A stretch of 63,443 nucleotides of DNA, the filler included, from Choristocarpus tenellus KU-1152 (Eukaryota; Protista; Phaeophyceae): the NCBI GenBank assembly GCA_964200185.2. It is 10 parts of 10 records of this genome, joined end to end, with 100 filler letters (N's around TTAATTAATTAA, not from the genome) between each part and the next. Parts side by side here need not be neighbours in the genome. Positions count along the whole stretch, not along the records: positions 1 to 21,626 come from CAXNAD020000331.1; positions 21,727 to 24,685 come from CAXNAD020023357.1; positions 24,786 to 27,794 come from CAXNAD020022969.1; 7 more parts are not named here. One strand, 5' to 3'. The notes beneath the pieces are model-generated. The model was not told the DNA's origin. It searched no databases and worked only from the letters and a program-made list of their open reading frames with translations. Shown in pieces: positions 13,301-25,199 of the stretch; the first letter of the stretch is position 1; the number at the start of each line of letters is the position of its first letter. The position numbers and the translations under genes are program-made.

Positions 13301-14597
13301 GTCTTCATCCCGAAAAAATCTCCAATGAAGTATGCGTATCCAAATGGCATTCATGGTTGGGTAAGGGGCAGGTAGTAACCTTCAAGAGTGACGTGTAATG
13401 TATCACCCAATGAGCCTCTTGCCCCACAGTATTTGGATGGAAAGATCGCCTCAACCTGAAGTGGATCCGACTGGATCGTATTTGAAAGAGACCAACAGGG
13501 CATGAAGGGAACAAGAGTCAAAGTATCTTAGAGGGTAGAGCCATATCCGTTTGGGGGCCAAAATCCAATCTGGCAATTTTTGTATAATTTTGGCTATCAT
13601 GTTTGTCAGGAGATGTCAATATCCTTCTTCTGGACACACCTTGTCATAACGTATAAATTTTACCCACTCCGAAACACTTTGGAGTAGGTAAAATGCCATT
13701 AAAAACCCATGGGAAGCCAAGCCCCCAATGAACAAAAAGGTAAAAACTCGTACCCTCTAAGATACTTTCACACACAATTAGACGGAAATGTGACAATTGC
13801 CATCCAGGCCTACTTCTACAGCAAAGTTAACTGTACCACGGAAGCAAACAATGTGACGCGTTAAAAAAAAAACAAGCTAACTGTTGCCACCACAGCAATA
13901 TCTACCAATATACCTCTATCGACAACGTGGGGCATGTGCTCTCTGGAAAACAGGGGTGCACAAGAATGTTTTTTGGGGACAATGGCAGCAGTAAAAGCAA
14001 CTCACTGTTGTTTCAGGAATGATGTGAGGTTTTGCATGTTCAATAGTCTTTGGACAGAGATGATTCACCAGCATTTTCCTTCATGCAAGATAAAAGTGTG
14101 CCTGGTCGTGCAAGTTTCACCCTGTAAACCAAGCCCTCTTGATTGTCTCCGTTACAGTGACCGGAAAAGCTTAGCAACAAACACTCCAAGAAACGATGTA
14201 ATACCTCCTAATGTTTGAGGATAACCATATTCCTATGATAAATTTTGTATCCATAGGAATATCACACAAATTCGGCACGACCAACATCAATGGAATGAGA
14301 AGCCTTGCATGTACGATTTATCATTTGTCTCCTTGGAAAGTTCAATACCTGGTCAAACCCCTCACACTCCTAGTGAATTGAGATTACCTTTGCAAGATTG
14401 AATCCATGGCAAGGTTGAGGTGGTTGTGTTGACTGACCTTGGGCACCATCTTGCGGCGCCCAAAGAGCCCTGAACACCACCATAACTATGCATGTGAAGA
14501 TTGCAATTGCATAGCCTTGGTGACAGCAACCATACTCACTCCTCCTGTAGCCCCCTTCGCGCCTGATTCCTCTGTCATATTCCTCCCCTTCCTCCAT
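10330..14597 (-). pseudogene. Putative multi-exon type-II membrane protein gene or pseudogene of unknown family
   Basis: Exon-like 14597-14388 (MEEGEEYD...YAIAIFTCIVMVVFRALW...NLAK|gtaatc; TM segment) joins in phase to cttcag|VEAIFPSKYCGARGSLGDTLHVTLEG at 13455, followed by a stop/frameshift. Other open, splice-flanked segments at ~11985-11835, ~11395-11190 and ~10535-10350. Exon chain not verified. Confidence 0.3.
13515..13773 (+). mobile_element. MITE family A, copy 1 (259 bp), Sola2-like non-autonomous DNA transposon
   Basis: Ends GAGTCAAAGTATCTTAGAGGGTA ... TACCCTCTAAGATACTTTCACAC (18-bp perfect inner IR). 4-bp TSD ACAA at 13511-13514 and 13774-13777. Homologous over its length to 36584-36848 and 50238-50495. 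Confidence 0.9.
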
Positions 14598-14842
14598 TAT
14601 CTTCGCTGACTTCTCCACCCCTCTCTTCAGCTGCGCTTACCACTGCCCAACCTGATCACGTGAATCCTGGTCATTCAGGTCCAGAGAGTCTCCAAGTGAG
14701 GAAGTGATCCGAGTTTTTCTTTGAAGGGGTAGAATCCCTTCTAACACAATCTACTATTTTATCTACTATTACCGTATCAGTTTCGTGGGTAAATTGAGGA
14801 ACGCTAAGCATGAGCATACATAGCAGAGTAGAATCGCTGCCC

Positions 14843-15600
14843 GCATCACCTACTACTCTGTGAGTTCGTCGTTCAAATATAAAATGTGACTTGGTTGGAG
14901 GGTGGAGAGTGGAAATGAATCGGTGGTTACCGGAGATTAAACCACAACGCAAAGGTTACACCTTTCCATATAGACTATTTCCAAGAATCACCGCAAGAAT
15001 CGTGCTGAGGGTGACATAACAGATGCCCAGAGTAGAGAGAGAACGAAACTTGAGGGGAGAAGGGCTTAACGGTCCGTCGGAACTCCTATCCGTAGGAGCA
15101 ACTGCAGATACCACGATAGCAGCAGAGTGGTTATATTACAAAGATTTCGGTGGGTATATTTCCCACACATGGATGGGCACGTCTTCTTGCCCCTTTCAAC
15201 TGCCCAGGATTCGGTGGAACTATGTAAAATCAGTACTCGATATTGACTGGTTTTATCAGCCAGTAGATTGGTAATTGAAAGTAGGGTAGAAAGATTGCCA
15301 GCATCACCTACTACTGTGTCAGTTCGTCATCAAATTTGAAAGATGCCTTGGCTGAAGGTTGTTGGCATGGAGGGAAAAGACACTAGGGGGCAGCTGAGAT
15401 TACCCTACAACCCGCAACTCACCTTCCCATTTCAAACCTAAACTACTCCCAAGAATCACGCCAAGGATTGTCTTGAGGGTGACATTACAGTTCCCAAAAG
15501 TAGTGAGAGAGGAAGGGAACTTGAGGGCAGGACAGGTTTACGTTCTGTAGAACTTACTATAGTTCCTCCAATAGTGCTAGAGTGGATTATTGACATCAAG
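14843..15600. repeat. Diverged direct duplication of a ~300-bp unit (~14843-15140 and ~15301-15600)
   Basis: Shared blocks in the same order: GCATCACCTACTACT.TGT.AGTTCGTC, CCAAGAATCAC, TGAGGGTGACAT.ACAG, AACTTGAGGG. Confidence 0.75.
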
Positions 15601-15789
15601 GTCATGATCGGCAAATGTCCGATAAATAGGGAAGTTTTTTTGTCTCTTTCACCTGAATGTTGGATTGTGTCTAATGAAGTTTGAAGGTTCAACTTCCACA
15701 TTCATATTTTCTAACATAAAAAAATTGACAAATATCATAAAAAGTTCAACAGGTCAATCAATTTGTTGATGTTGGTAAATGTCTATATA

Positions 15790-16262
15790 TGTACCTTCGC
15801 AGTGGAAAGTTTTGGGCGCCTTAGTAACCAAGTGGAATGGTTCCTGGATGAGCTGCCTACTCAGATGGTAGGGGAGAGAGAGGCTGGAGGATACACCACA
15901 GTAAAGGAGTAGTAGTTAAATCCCAGCTACGCCAAATGGTCTCGGTAACTACGCAAGTGGCACTGTCCAGACGAGTCATGCGTTTTAAGGTGGAAGCACC
16001 AGGAAGATGGACACTGAGGGGTTTATTGGATTCTTGGGATGCCTCTCTAGCTTTTTCCTTTGGGGTACAGGTTTAGGTAGATTGTAGACGCAGGAAGGCA
16101 GTAGTACAACATTGACAGTGATGAAGTAACAAAATGGATTAATGTCTTTCACATTTATGACATTTTTTTTCTTTAGGGTTTATACTGACAATGTGTATAG
16201 TTTTTACTGGTTTTCCTTCTCTGGCACATCTCCAAAGTGCCAGAGGGCATAATAATAAAAAT
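15790..16262 (+). mobile_element. 3' end of an RLE-type LINE: C-terminal endonuclease remnant plus 3' tail
   Basis: Translation (with a frameshift) 'FAVESFGRLSNQVEWFLDELPTQMVGEREAGG...KSQLRQMVSVTTQVALSRRVMRFKVE' matches the end of the restriction-like endonuclease domain (xxVESxGR...QxxSxxxQ). Followed by the hairpin tail repeat at 16147-16262. Confidence 0.7.
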
Positions 16263-16877
16263 ATAATATATATGTGGGGGAAAGTGGGTTGTAAATCTCC
16301 AACGATACTGATCCTGTACGTCCAAAAAAAAGCCACTGAACACATATTTCCCTAATTACAACCCGCGATTCTGAAGAGGTCTTCCTTTACTATATGGTGA
16401 CGTGGGTATATACGACAAATGATGTAAAAGGTGACAAATTCCTGATCTACGTTAAGGAGGACTGGTCGCGTTCTCTACCTGAAAATATTATCCTTGTCCA
16501 TCAGACCCTACTAATACTTGTCACTCCTTGACTGGGAGAACCTGGTGATCGTCAGGAGGATGACTAAGCCAATCATGAAGGCACAGAAGAGGCTGAGAGG
16601 ATCAAATGTTGCAGGTTCTCTCTTGCTCATAATCTACTATATGCATGTTAAATTGGAGAAATACGGACGGGAAACTACGAGTGTCTCGCCTGAAGAATTG
16701 GACACTCTTTAGAGGAGGCAAAGAAGACATACAGATTACTTGCCCAGGACATGCTGGATGACTTTGATTACTGTTCGAGGAGAGGAATATCTCGAAACTC
16801 AATGAAGACTCTCCCAGGTAATCTTGTGGCTTGAAGTCCTTACATATTATTGCTATTCCTCTGGACAACAGCAACCA

Positions 16878-16915
<38 letters not shown>

Positions 16916-17099
16916 GAGAAGGTTGTTCAGGCAATAACAAACGTCTTCATGGAGGACCTTCCAGAGGAGGTGAGTGCTGCTTCTCTAACATACACAACTC
17001 CTGGGCCTTCTCCCTTTACTCCACCACATGGTAAGAAGTGAGAATGCTCAGGCGTCGAGGCAGAAGCAGCAATAAATGTGGGCGTAACCTAACACCCCC

Positions 17100-17910
17100 T
17101 TAGGATGACTCTACCTACCTCACATCAACATATGAAGAGGACCGTACAGGACAAGTTGGATCGATACAGGGCCCTGCCCCCAAGCCTACTATATGTCCCA
17201 AGAACTAGGGGATACACAGAGAGTGGCGACTCAAATTGCCGTAGAGCTGCCATGACTTGCCAAGCTTGCCCACCAGGGACTCACTACTGAGGCACATACA
17301 GACATAATATTTTCTACAAGCCAGTCTTACTCTATCACTAAGGCAAGATCACCTGGACGAAGAGTATGTGGTCATCCTTTTTTTGTTCTGACGTAAGGTG
17401 CGACTCAAGGTTGACGAGTGGTTAAAAGTTCAGAGAACAGAGAATGCATGAGAGATAGGAAAAGGTTGGAGATATATTGCTTACGTAGTAGACATCAGAA
17501 TGTCAACTCGTCAGAAGATTTTTGTTTTAGTTATCTAATTTTGTGAACCCATCGAGATGAAGAACCACCATTTATCTCTGTGGATTGCCCATTTTGTAGT
17601 CATCATATTTAAGCTCTCTGAACCCCGGTTTCTTCCACTAATTGCAGATCAGGGTAGGCTGGATTGGCTCTGACAACATATCTGAGAACGTGGCGAAGAC
17701 ACACCAAGAGCATGGTGCTGAGACCCATGGGAAGATGTGGTAGAGCCCTCTTCGCACAACATAAGGTTATGCGAACTGCTTGTGTGAAAATGACTTCAAG
17801 GGAGTATACAAAAGAACCTGGAGGGTAGGCAGAGAGAAGTGTGTGTGGACAGGTCGTTGGTGGCCAAGGGGAGAGCGATCCTGCAGGCTGCGCGGAAGAA
17901 CCTGCAGTTG
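17100..17910 (+). mobile_element. Possible hAT-like transposase relic
   Basis: Weak, broken motifs in hAT order: 'D-TWTK' (~17355), 'IGSDNISENVAK' (~17665), 'LVAKGRAILQAARKN' (~17860). Many stops. Confidence 0.25.
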
Positions 17911-18379
17911 AGTCGTACTCATTTATTTTCAACCAGTTTTCTAACAGAGCTTAATGACATTATACACAAAATATACTATGTCCTCAGGTCTTTGTTGACC
18001 CTAGGTGTGACCTACTTCCTGCCAATTTCATAGTTGTTTATTCTAGTAGATGAGAAGTATTGATTGTAACACCACAAAACAAATAACCTTGAATTTCGAA
18101 TGTCATACATGTTTCACTGTTAAGGTATTTTCATCTTTCTCTTCTTGTTCTCTTTTAGGGATAGGAGTCTAAGATGTTCTCTCTCTCTCTCTTTTCTTTT
18201 CCTTCTCTTCGCTCCCTCGCAAACATGACCATTCTTTTCAACAACCACTAGAAACGAAAAATAAGAATGCTGACAATTTGATGCGATGTATGTCTGCGTT
18301 GTTGATACTACTGTGATTAGTGGATGTATTTAGCAAGAGTCAGGATTGGTGAAAAGATGACTCCCACATGTCAAGCCTC

Positions 18380-18930
18380 GTTTTGCCCGCTGACCCTGTG
18401 TCTCTACCTTGAAGTGCACAACACGCGCAGAGATCAAAACTTGTACTGTGATCGAGATAATCTGTCGTAGGTGTGCCTTCCCTGCTGCTCTAATCCTACT
18501 AACCCTCCTAGCCCCCCTCCTACGCACTACTACATGAATCGTTAGATCATCCAGGAATTGATCTGCTTGTGTGTCTAGACATACGAGGCTTTCCATCATC
18601 AAGTTGTTGGGTTTAAAAGTACTGTGAGGGTCAAGGATCCCCCTCGTAGCAAATGCGCTTTTGGTCCTCAACTGCAGCAGTAACGACGCCGTTATTTGTA
18701 GACACATCGCCTGTAACAGTAGGTCCTTTTCTCGGTAAGGGGGAGTGGCTATGTTGGACAGTGCTCTCCAGCGTGGAACACCATGTCCATACAGAAATTC
18801 TGGTCAAAGGTGAAGGAAATTCCACTCTCCAGAATGTAAGGGATGCTCACCTTCCTGCAGTCATAGCCTAGTTTGCCTGACCATAGGTGTGTGTGTGTCT
18901 GTTGACATAGTTCCCTAGTGGTTGAACTAC
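18380..18930 (-). mobile_element. RLE-type LINE endonuclease-domain fragment (degenerate)
   Basis: Successive frames 'RKVSIPYILESGISFTFDQNFCMDMVF' (R/PD-like motif region), then 'QADQFLDDLTIHVV...KAHLRQIISITVQVLISARVVHFKVE', clearly paralogous to the 15790-16010 fragment. Confidence 0.7.
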
Positions 18931-21626
18931 ATGATAACATACCAACACCCTATTCAACTTTAACATTTGCACTCTCAACCTTACTTTGATCATTGGTTTT
19001 GGGGTGGTGTGTGGGTTCTAAGATATTATTTCATTCGGGGTCATCACCTTCAGAGCTTCAATTCTCGATTTTGAATGAGATGTATTGTTTTGGACTTTGA
19101 TTTTTATATGTAAGATTGTATGTATTGACAACCTTGATATGTCGAATATACGTATTTGACGTCATTTAACAAACACCAATACATTCAACTGGCTCTCTCA
19201 CATTTTTTTTCTACTCATTCTGGTTGCTATTGTGGACATTGCTTGGCTTGGTAGTTCATCTTCTTCATCTATGCTCAAGTAGAGGGCATCCATCGTGGAG
19301 GGCCCTATGGCCTCCTCCCTTGGGGCATCATGTAGACCAATGTATGATGTGGAGGATGAAAATGTCAATCCCCCTCTGCACGTGTGAGTACTTGTGGGCG
19401 AGTATGGGAAGCTACCCAAATTGTCCATTGACCAATAACTTGATTTGAGTGCAGTCTGCGGAACTGGAGATATCCTTTCTCTCATTGAGAAGGACTTATA
19501 CTGAAAGTTTAAGATGATATGTGATGAGGTTGAAGGAGATCGCATGTGATGGTGATTCTAGGGTCAGTATATGCGTGGCAGTGGTCTTTGAAGTATCAAG
19601 AGATGGAAACTCTCTTTCTAACCTTCGTTCGTCCCACTTTGTTTGTATTAACCAGGTGTCTGGCTGGATCAGATATTCCTCTGTCGTGTCTAGACCTGAA
19701 ATATGTTTTCCTGAATGACAAGGTATGTTTTCTAGTGATAGGATGCAGGAGGGGTGAGGGCGTGTATGTGTCCGCTCAACATAGTGCCCTACTATAACAA
19801 CCTTCAGATTTACTATCCTAGAGTCATCGTGGCGGTTGTGAACGCTGTTTGCCATGCTATCCATAGCCGAAAAAAATATTAGTATAATCTTAGGGTTTGC
19901 CTCGGAAAGGGGCGTGGGTAAATGGGGACTACTCCATTGAGTGTGGTCGAGATATCGTGTCCACATGATACTCTGTGCCACCCTCCACCCCTCGTCTTAT
20001 TCCATCTTTCTTCCCCTCTAGTCCTTCCTGTGCACACTACATCGGCCCACGTCTTCGTCATTAACGTCGGTCGATACGTGAGCAGAAAAAAACTTCACAC
20101 CACCTTCCCTGCTCCTTGTTCACGTTAACTTTCATCACACCATCCCCGAACGTCCACGTGCTCTGGTACCACCCAACCCCCCCGGAAGGCCGTTCTTACG
20201 GAGATTGAGTTGTGTGGCAGGCGAGGTTACCCTCAACGTGTCGAGCTAACGTGGGAGCAGGGTTGGGGGCAGTCGACGGTGGACGCCTCTGTACAGTTTC
20301 AGGTTTGTAGACGACAGTGTAGATTGTGTGTGGTCGCAATTTTGCCCTAAGTGCAAAAAGCAGAGTCCATCATCTTATATCTGGTGGCCTGCTCCCTAGG
20401 TCACCACACTTGACTGAGCTGGTCAAGCCAAGGTGATACATCCCTTTGTAAACTACTGCAATCCATGAATACTTCAATTGCAGGTGGACTGATAGAGACA
20501 TCAATTGGAATTGAACTGTCCTCTTCACACAGTACACTGAATAGAAACAATGAACACTAAATATTTCACCACAGCGGGGCTGATGGCATACGCTGCCAGG
20601 AACTGACTAATGAACCACCCTCATCTGAAGTGCCCCATCCCTCTGATCCCCGAGACTCCCTCCTGTGAGTAAACTAACTCCATCCTTCCCCTGTCTTCTG
20701 GTTGGTCCCCATTCTCAAATAGCTGGAGAATGAGAACTTGAAAGGACTGAGGGAGTTGACTGCGGGTGGTATGGCAGTAGGGGAGGGGGTTTCTGCTGAC
20801 CTCTCTGTGGCTGCAGACCCTGCAAGCTATCCACCTGGCTACAACTTCAATGAGCTGCTTAATCAAGCAGGGGTGGTGGAGGAGTGTGTTGTGCCGGCTA
20901 TGGGACTTGGAAGGCGTCCTCTGGTTGTGGTCTTTAACCCTACGCTAGTCGTAAGTATGGTACTCTTGATGTGATAATTCTCTGACTTTGTCTACACTAG
21001 GTTATTTGACACTGATACCTGTGCAACATATTTTTCAGTTGCAATGTTTTGTTGAGCTTGGCTGCTGGCGGGCCACCCCCCTTTCCAGATAGGTCTTGCG
21101 ATAGATCGATCTTGTAGTACTAGACATTCCTGCTTTGCTTCAAGCCAATCTCCAATATAACACTTGCATAGCTTGAAGCTCTACGATTGTGTTGTAACAA
21201 TGCTCCTGTTTTCTGTTTGAAATGTCCTTTTGTCAATGCGGTGGGCGATAGTGCTTCAATCCCCTGTGTGCTGTATGCACATGCAGTACATAGTAGAGCT
21301 ATACAGTAGTAAGGTATATTTGATAGCTGGTCAGTTGGTTGGATAGTTTTATATAGCTCTACCACTATAGTCTATGAGACCCCTTTTAGGTACAATTTCC
21401 CTGAAGCAGGGTACATCCCTGGTAGGTGTGTGAAGGTACTGAGACGATTTCCTCCTATTGCAACAATGGTGTGTGAGATGTGGCGGAACGAGATTTGAAG
21501 TTCGATAATTTTTTCAGACCATAGTGTCTGCTGTCGATGTGATTCTAAAGAGCAGAAGGACAGGGGAAGGAGGAGGGGAGGGGGAGAGGAAGGGATGCAC
21601 TTTTTTTTTTTTTTTTTTGTGATGTT

Positions 21627-21726
21627 NNNNNNNNNNNNNNNNNNNNNNNNNNNNNNNNNNNNNNNNNNNNTTAATTAATTAANNNNNNNNNNNNNNNNNN
21701 NNNNNNNNNNNNNNNNNNNNNNNNNN
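21627..21726. other. Artificial contig linker N44-TTAATTAATTAA-N44 (also 24686-24785, 27795-27894, 30736-30835, 37898-37997, 45067-45166, 51909-52008, 54864-54963, 59434-59533)
   Basis: Nine identical 100-bp spacers with a six-frame stop core. Confidence 0.99.
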
Positions 21727-24700
21727 CCTGTCTTTGCTTCAACTGGATGGGTCTTGCAGTGATGGTATTGAGGGGGGGGGGGCATTGGATGCCCACTCAA
21801 GCTGAGTGAATACTCCTGAAGATTTTCCTAAGCTGAGCAAACTCTTCAAGGCAACGATAGACTTCCCCCTTCAAGGAGAGGCACTTGGCTACATCAAACT
21901 GTGTTAGCACACTGTATCAGTCTGCTCACAAGGAAGGTACTCGGCCCCAAAAGTTCCAAATTAAAAAAGGTCTTTGGCAACCAACCATGGTTCGTCCTGT
22001 GCCCTCCGGGTCCTAGAATCAAGAATTTTATCAGTCAATTAAATTAGTCTACACCAATATAGAAAAACCAATATATATAGAAGTAGGTGCTTCATTCAAA
22101 CAATCACACTGATGCCACCTCACCATGTTCTCCACAAACTCCACAAATCCATCTGTCATCTTTGTGTAGTCTCTGATCATGCCTCTCTCCTTTCCCTCCG
22201 TGGTGCTGCAAGCAGGTAAGAAAATTGGGGAGGAAGAGGGTGGGAACAGGTAAGCCCCTTACCCCAATCAGTGAAACACCACGTTAGTGCTTACTGCTCC
22301 GGTTGGTTTGCTCAACCCTGTATTCAAAGGGATGGCAAAATCTAGCAGGCCCCACTGCAGCAACCAAGTGCTGAATGAAATAGAGCTCAAGCACCTTAAA
22401 TCATATCCTCGCCCACACCCTCTCAAAAAAAGAGGCAAAAGGACGAGTAGGGAGAGTCATACTCACAGTCCATGACCTATGTGATCATTTGCCAGAACGA
22501 CTAGCCCCTTTCTTGTGAACCAGTGGGCCACATGTGCAGAGCGACCACAGTGCTCATGTAGCCCATGGGCCGTGAAGACTGGAAGAGAGTAAGGGGCACA
22601 TCAGCAGCTTGGGAGTATGAATATGTTTCGGGGTCTTGATGGGGGAATTTGGGAGGTGCTTAGAAAGGTTGCCTTTCGACAAAACAATATCAACAGGGGT
22701 GGGGCGTGTGGGGTCTCAGACTTGGAAAGAAAGAGAATTTCAAAGTAGTTGACAGGAAAAAAACGAGAAGCAGCCCTTTGCATGGGTTAATTTGGAAGAA
22801 GACGACTGAGTGAAGACATGTGGTGCTCCTTTGTGATAGTCCCACGATCTTCACCAATGAGGGGGTATGAGTGTAGGATGTAGGACCACATTTTGTAGGG
22901 ACCAGACCGCTTGCTTCACTTCCACCACCTCTATAATATTCTTCTAGGTTTGTCCCTCCTCACTAAGATGCATAGCAGTAGGAGTTGCGACTAGAAACCA
23001 CCGACTCCCAAGATAGACTTGATTGGCAAAAATTGGTCCAAGTGAAAGAAAGGAACAACTTTCTTGCAAAAGAGACGTGTTGCTTCCGGAGTTTCCAGTT
23101 CATGCTCAATTGCCGTTGCAAGAAAGCTCAGGCGAGATATAAAAAACCTAGAGAGCAAGACAAGGAGTACATACTATTACATAAAGGGATATCGGGGGGT
23201 ACTCACGCATTGCCACGACCTTAGTGCCAGCCTTTGGCAACCACTTGCGATAGTGGATACAGTCGCCACCACTGGGGGGAAAAGGGAGTGGAAAGGTGAG
23301 GGTAGACCGGATCGAGACGAAAATAAGTGGAAGGATTAATATTGCAGACAGAGGGAGGCGAAGATTGATTCCATGCTGCTGGTCACTCTTCTAGTATATA
23401 GATCATAATCTCACTTCTAGACCAACTTTCCCTTCCAGGAAAAATCTCACTTGAGCTAGAATGCAACATTGTGGTTGCAAGATCTCCCCTTTCAGATGTC
23501 TCCCCTATTTCGTCACGGAACCAGAACGTCTCATCTCCACTCGTGCCAGTGCAAGAGACAGAAATCCACTTATCCCGATCAGGGCGTTGGGTGAATCGCT
23601 TGCACAACCAGTTCAACTCACCTATTGACAAAGCTGCCAACCTCCCGGTCTTCCCATTCTGGACCATTAGAGAATGCTTCCAGGCACTCCTTCTCTTGCT
23701 CTGGGGTCGGTTTTGACTTGGATCCTCCCATTGTCAACTGGTCACGATGTTAGGTGAATTGTGAGAGTTCAATCACCTTGAACTATGCACATTCGTTTGT
23801 AGGTTGTAGTATCATGATTGTCGTACGATGGATCCCACTAAATAAATAGTATATCGATTGTCGATGGGCTGTTTCCTTCCTTCAATTAAATAAAGTATAT
23901 CCAACTGATTTGAAGAAGGTCCTAAACTGTTCTGTATTCAAAAGAAATTGCGAAAAACTCCGATTTCAATTCTTATTACAAATAACAACAAAAATTGAGG
24001 GTATCAAGATGTATCATTGATCACAACCAGTACTAACTACATACACAATTTACACCCTACATGTTGCGATCACTAACAGTTTAAATTTATGTCATAACAA
24101 TAAAAGTTTCTTCCCCCGTATGTACATTTTCTCTAGGTGGGAAGGGGGGGGAGGGAAAACAAGCCAAAACTATATTCAACATAGAAACATCACACAGGTT
24201 GTCAAGAAGGGATTTGACATATTATTGGGACGGTTCCCAACCTTCTCGCTCACCTTCGTAAGGTTAGGTTACAGGGGTATACTAGTGTACACAATACGTA
24301 GTAATACGTATAAATAATAGTGTTCAATTAATTGTAGTAGAGATCAATCACTAAGGACGGCATTGCTTTGTTGATAGAGTTTTCAAGTGGTACATAGTTG
24401 AGGGACGTGTCTTACCATTGATAACTCTTACATCTACTATACCGTAGCCCTTGTCGTATAGTAGTGGTCTTGGTTTCCCCCCTCCCCACATCTCACAAAA
24501 TGTCAAAGAGGGCAAAAATAATATATTTATGTATTACAATATACCAAGTATAGTATTGGCAAAGCCTTTTAGTATTGTTATAGATACAATATTAGTGGAT
24601 GTTAAGACTCCCTAAATTATGTACAATTTAAAAAAAATTATCATTATGCCCTCTGACATTTTGCAGATGTGTCAGGGGGAAACCANNNNNNNNNNNNNNN

Positions 24701-24785
24701 NNNNNNNNNNNNNNNNNNNNNNNNNNNNNTTAATTAATTAANNNNNNNNNNNNNNNNNNNNNNNNNNNNNNNNNNNNNNNNNNNN

Positions 24786-24884
24786 ATGACATTTGTTTTT
24801 CATGTTGAAGGTAACATCTGGTTGAAGAAAATAGCGGGTGGTTTGAGGGGACCTTACAAAACCCCCCTCATTCTTTCCCCTCTT
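24786..24884 (+). repeat. 99-bp exact direct repeat at both ends of contig C (24786-24884 = 27696-27794)
   Basis: ATGACATTTGTTTTTCATG...TTCTTTCCCCTCTT is identical at the contig start and end. Confidence 0.95.
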
Positions 24885-25199
24885 GTTCAATCCTGTCCTG
24901 AGTGATCTTCTAATGGATTGCTCTCCCTCTTGATTTTTCTCTCTCCTTTTCCTTGCCTCCTGTGGGTCTTCCCGTTCCCCTTCATTACGAAGGGCCTGTC
25001 AACTCAAATAAATCAATTTTGTTTTTATTTTGGTGTATTTTGACGCCCTCAACTCATCACTTTCACCTCCACAAGAGGTGACATAGAGAGTATCATATTT
25101 CTTTTAATGTTGATGCTGAAACTTCGTTTGCTGATCATATTTCCCAGACCACATATAGGCAAAAAAAAAGCTTTTGGGGGGTCACTTAGTGGTTCCAAG

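Noticed and set aside
16880-16912. (TA)n, (CA)n and (CAC)n microsatellites and their YIYIYI, VCVC and poly-T/P ORFs (also 26695-26742, 31740-31771, 35341-35396)
   Set aside because: Ordinary microsatellites; the ORFs are spurious.
21627-21726. Recurrent TTAATTAATTAA palindrome flanked by Ns (9 times)
   Set aside because: Artificial six-frame-stop linker used to concatenate contigs. ORFs containing X runs, and any gene neighbourhood across linkers, are artefacts.
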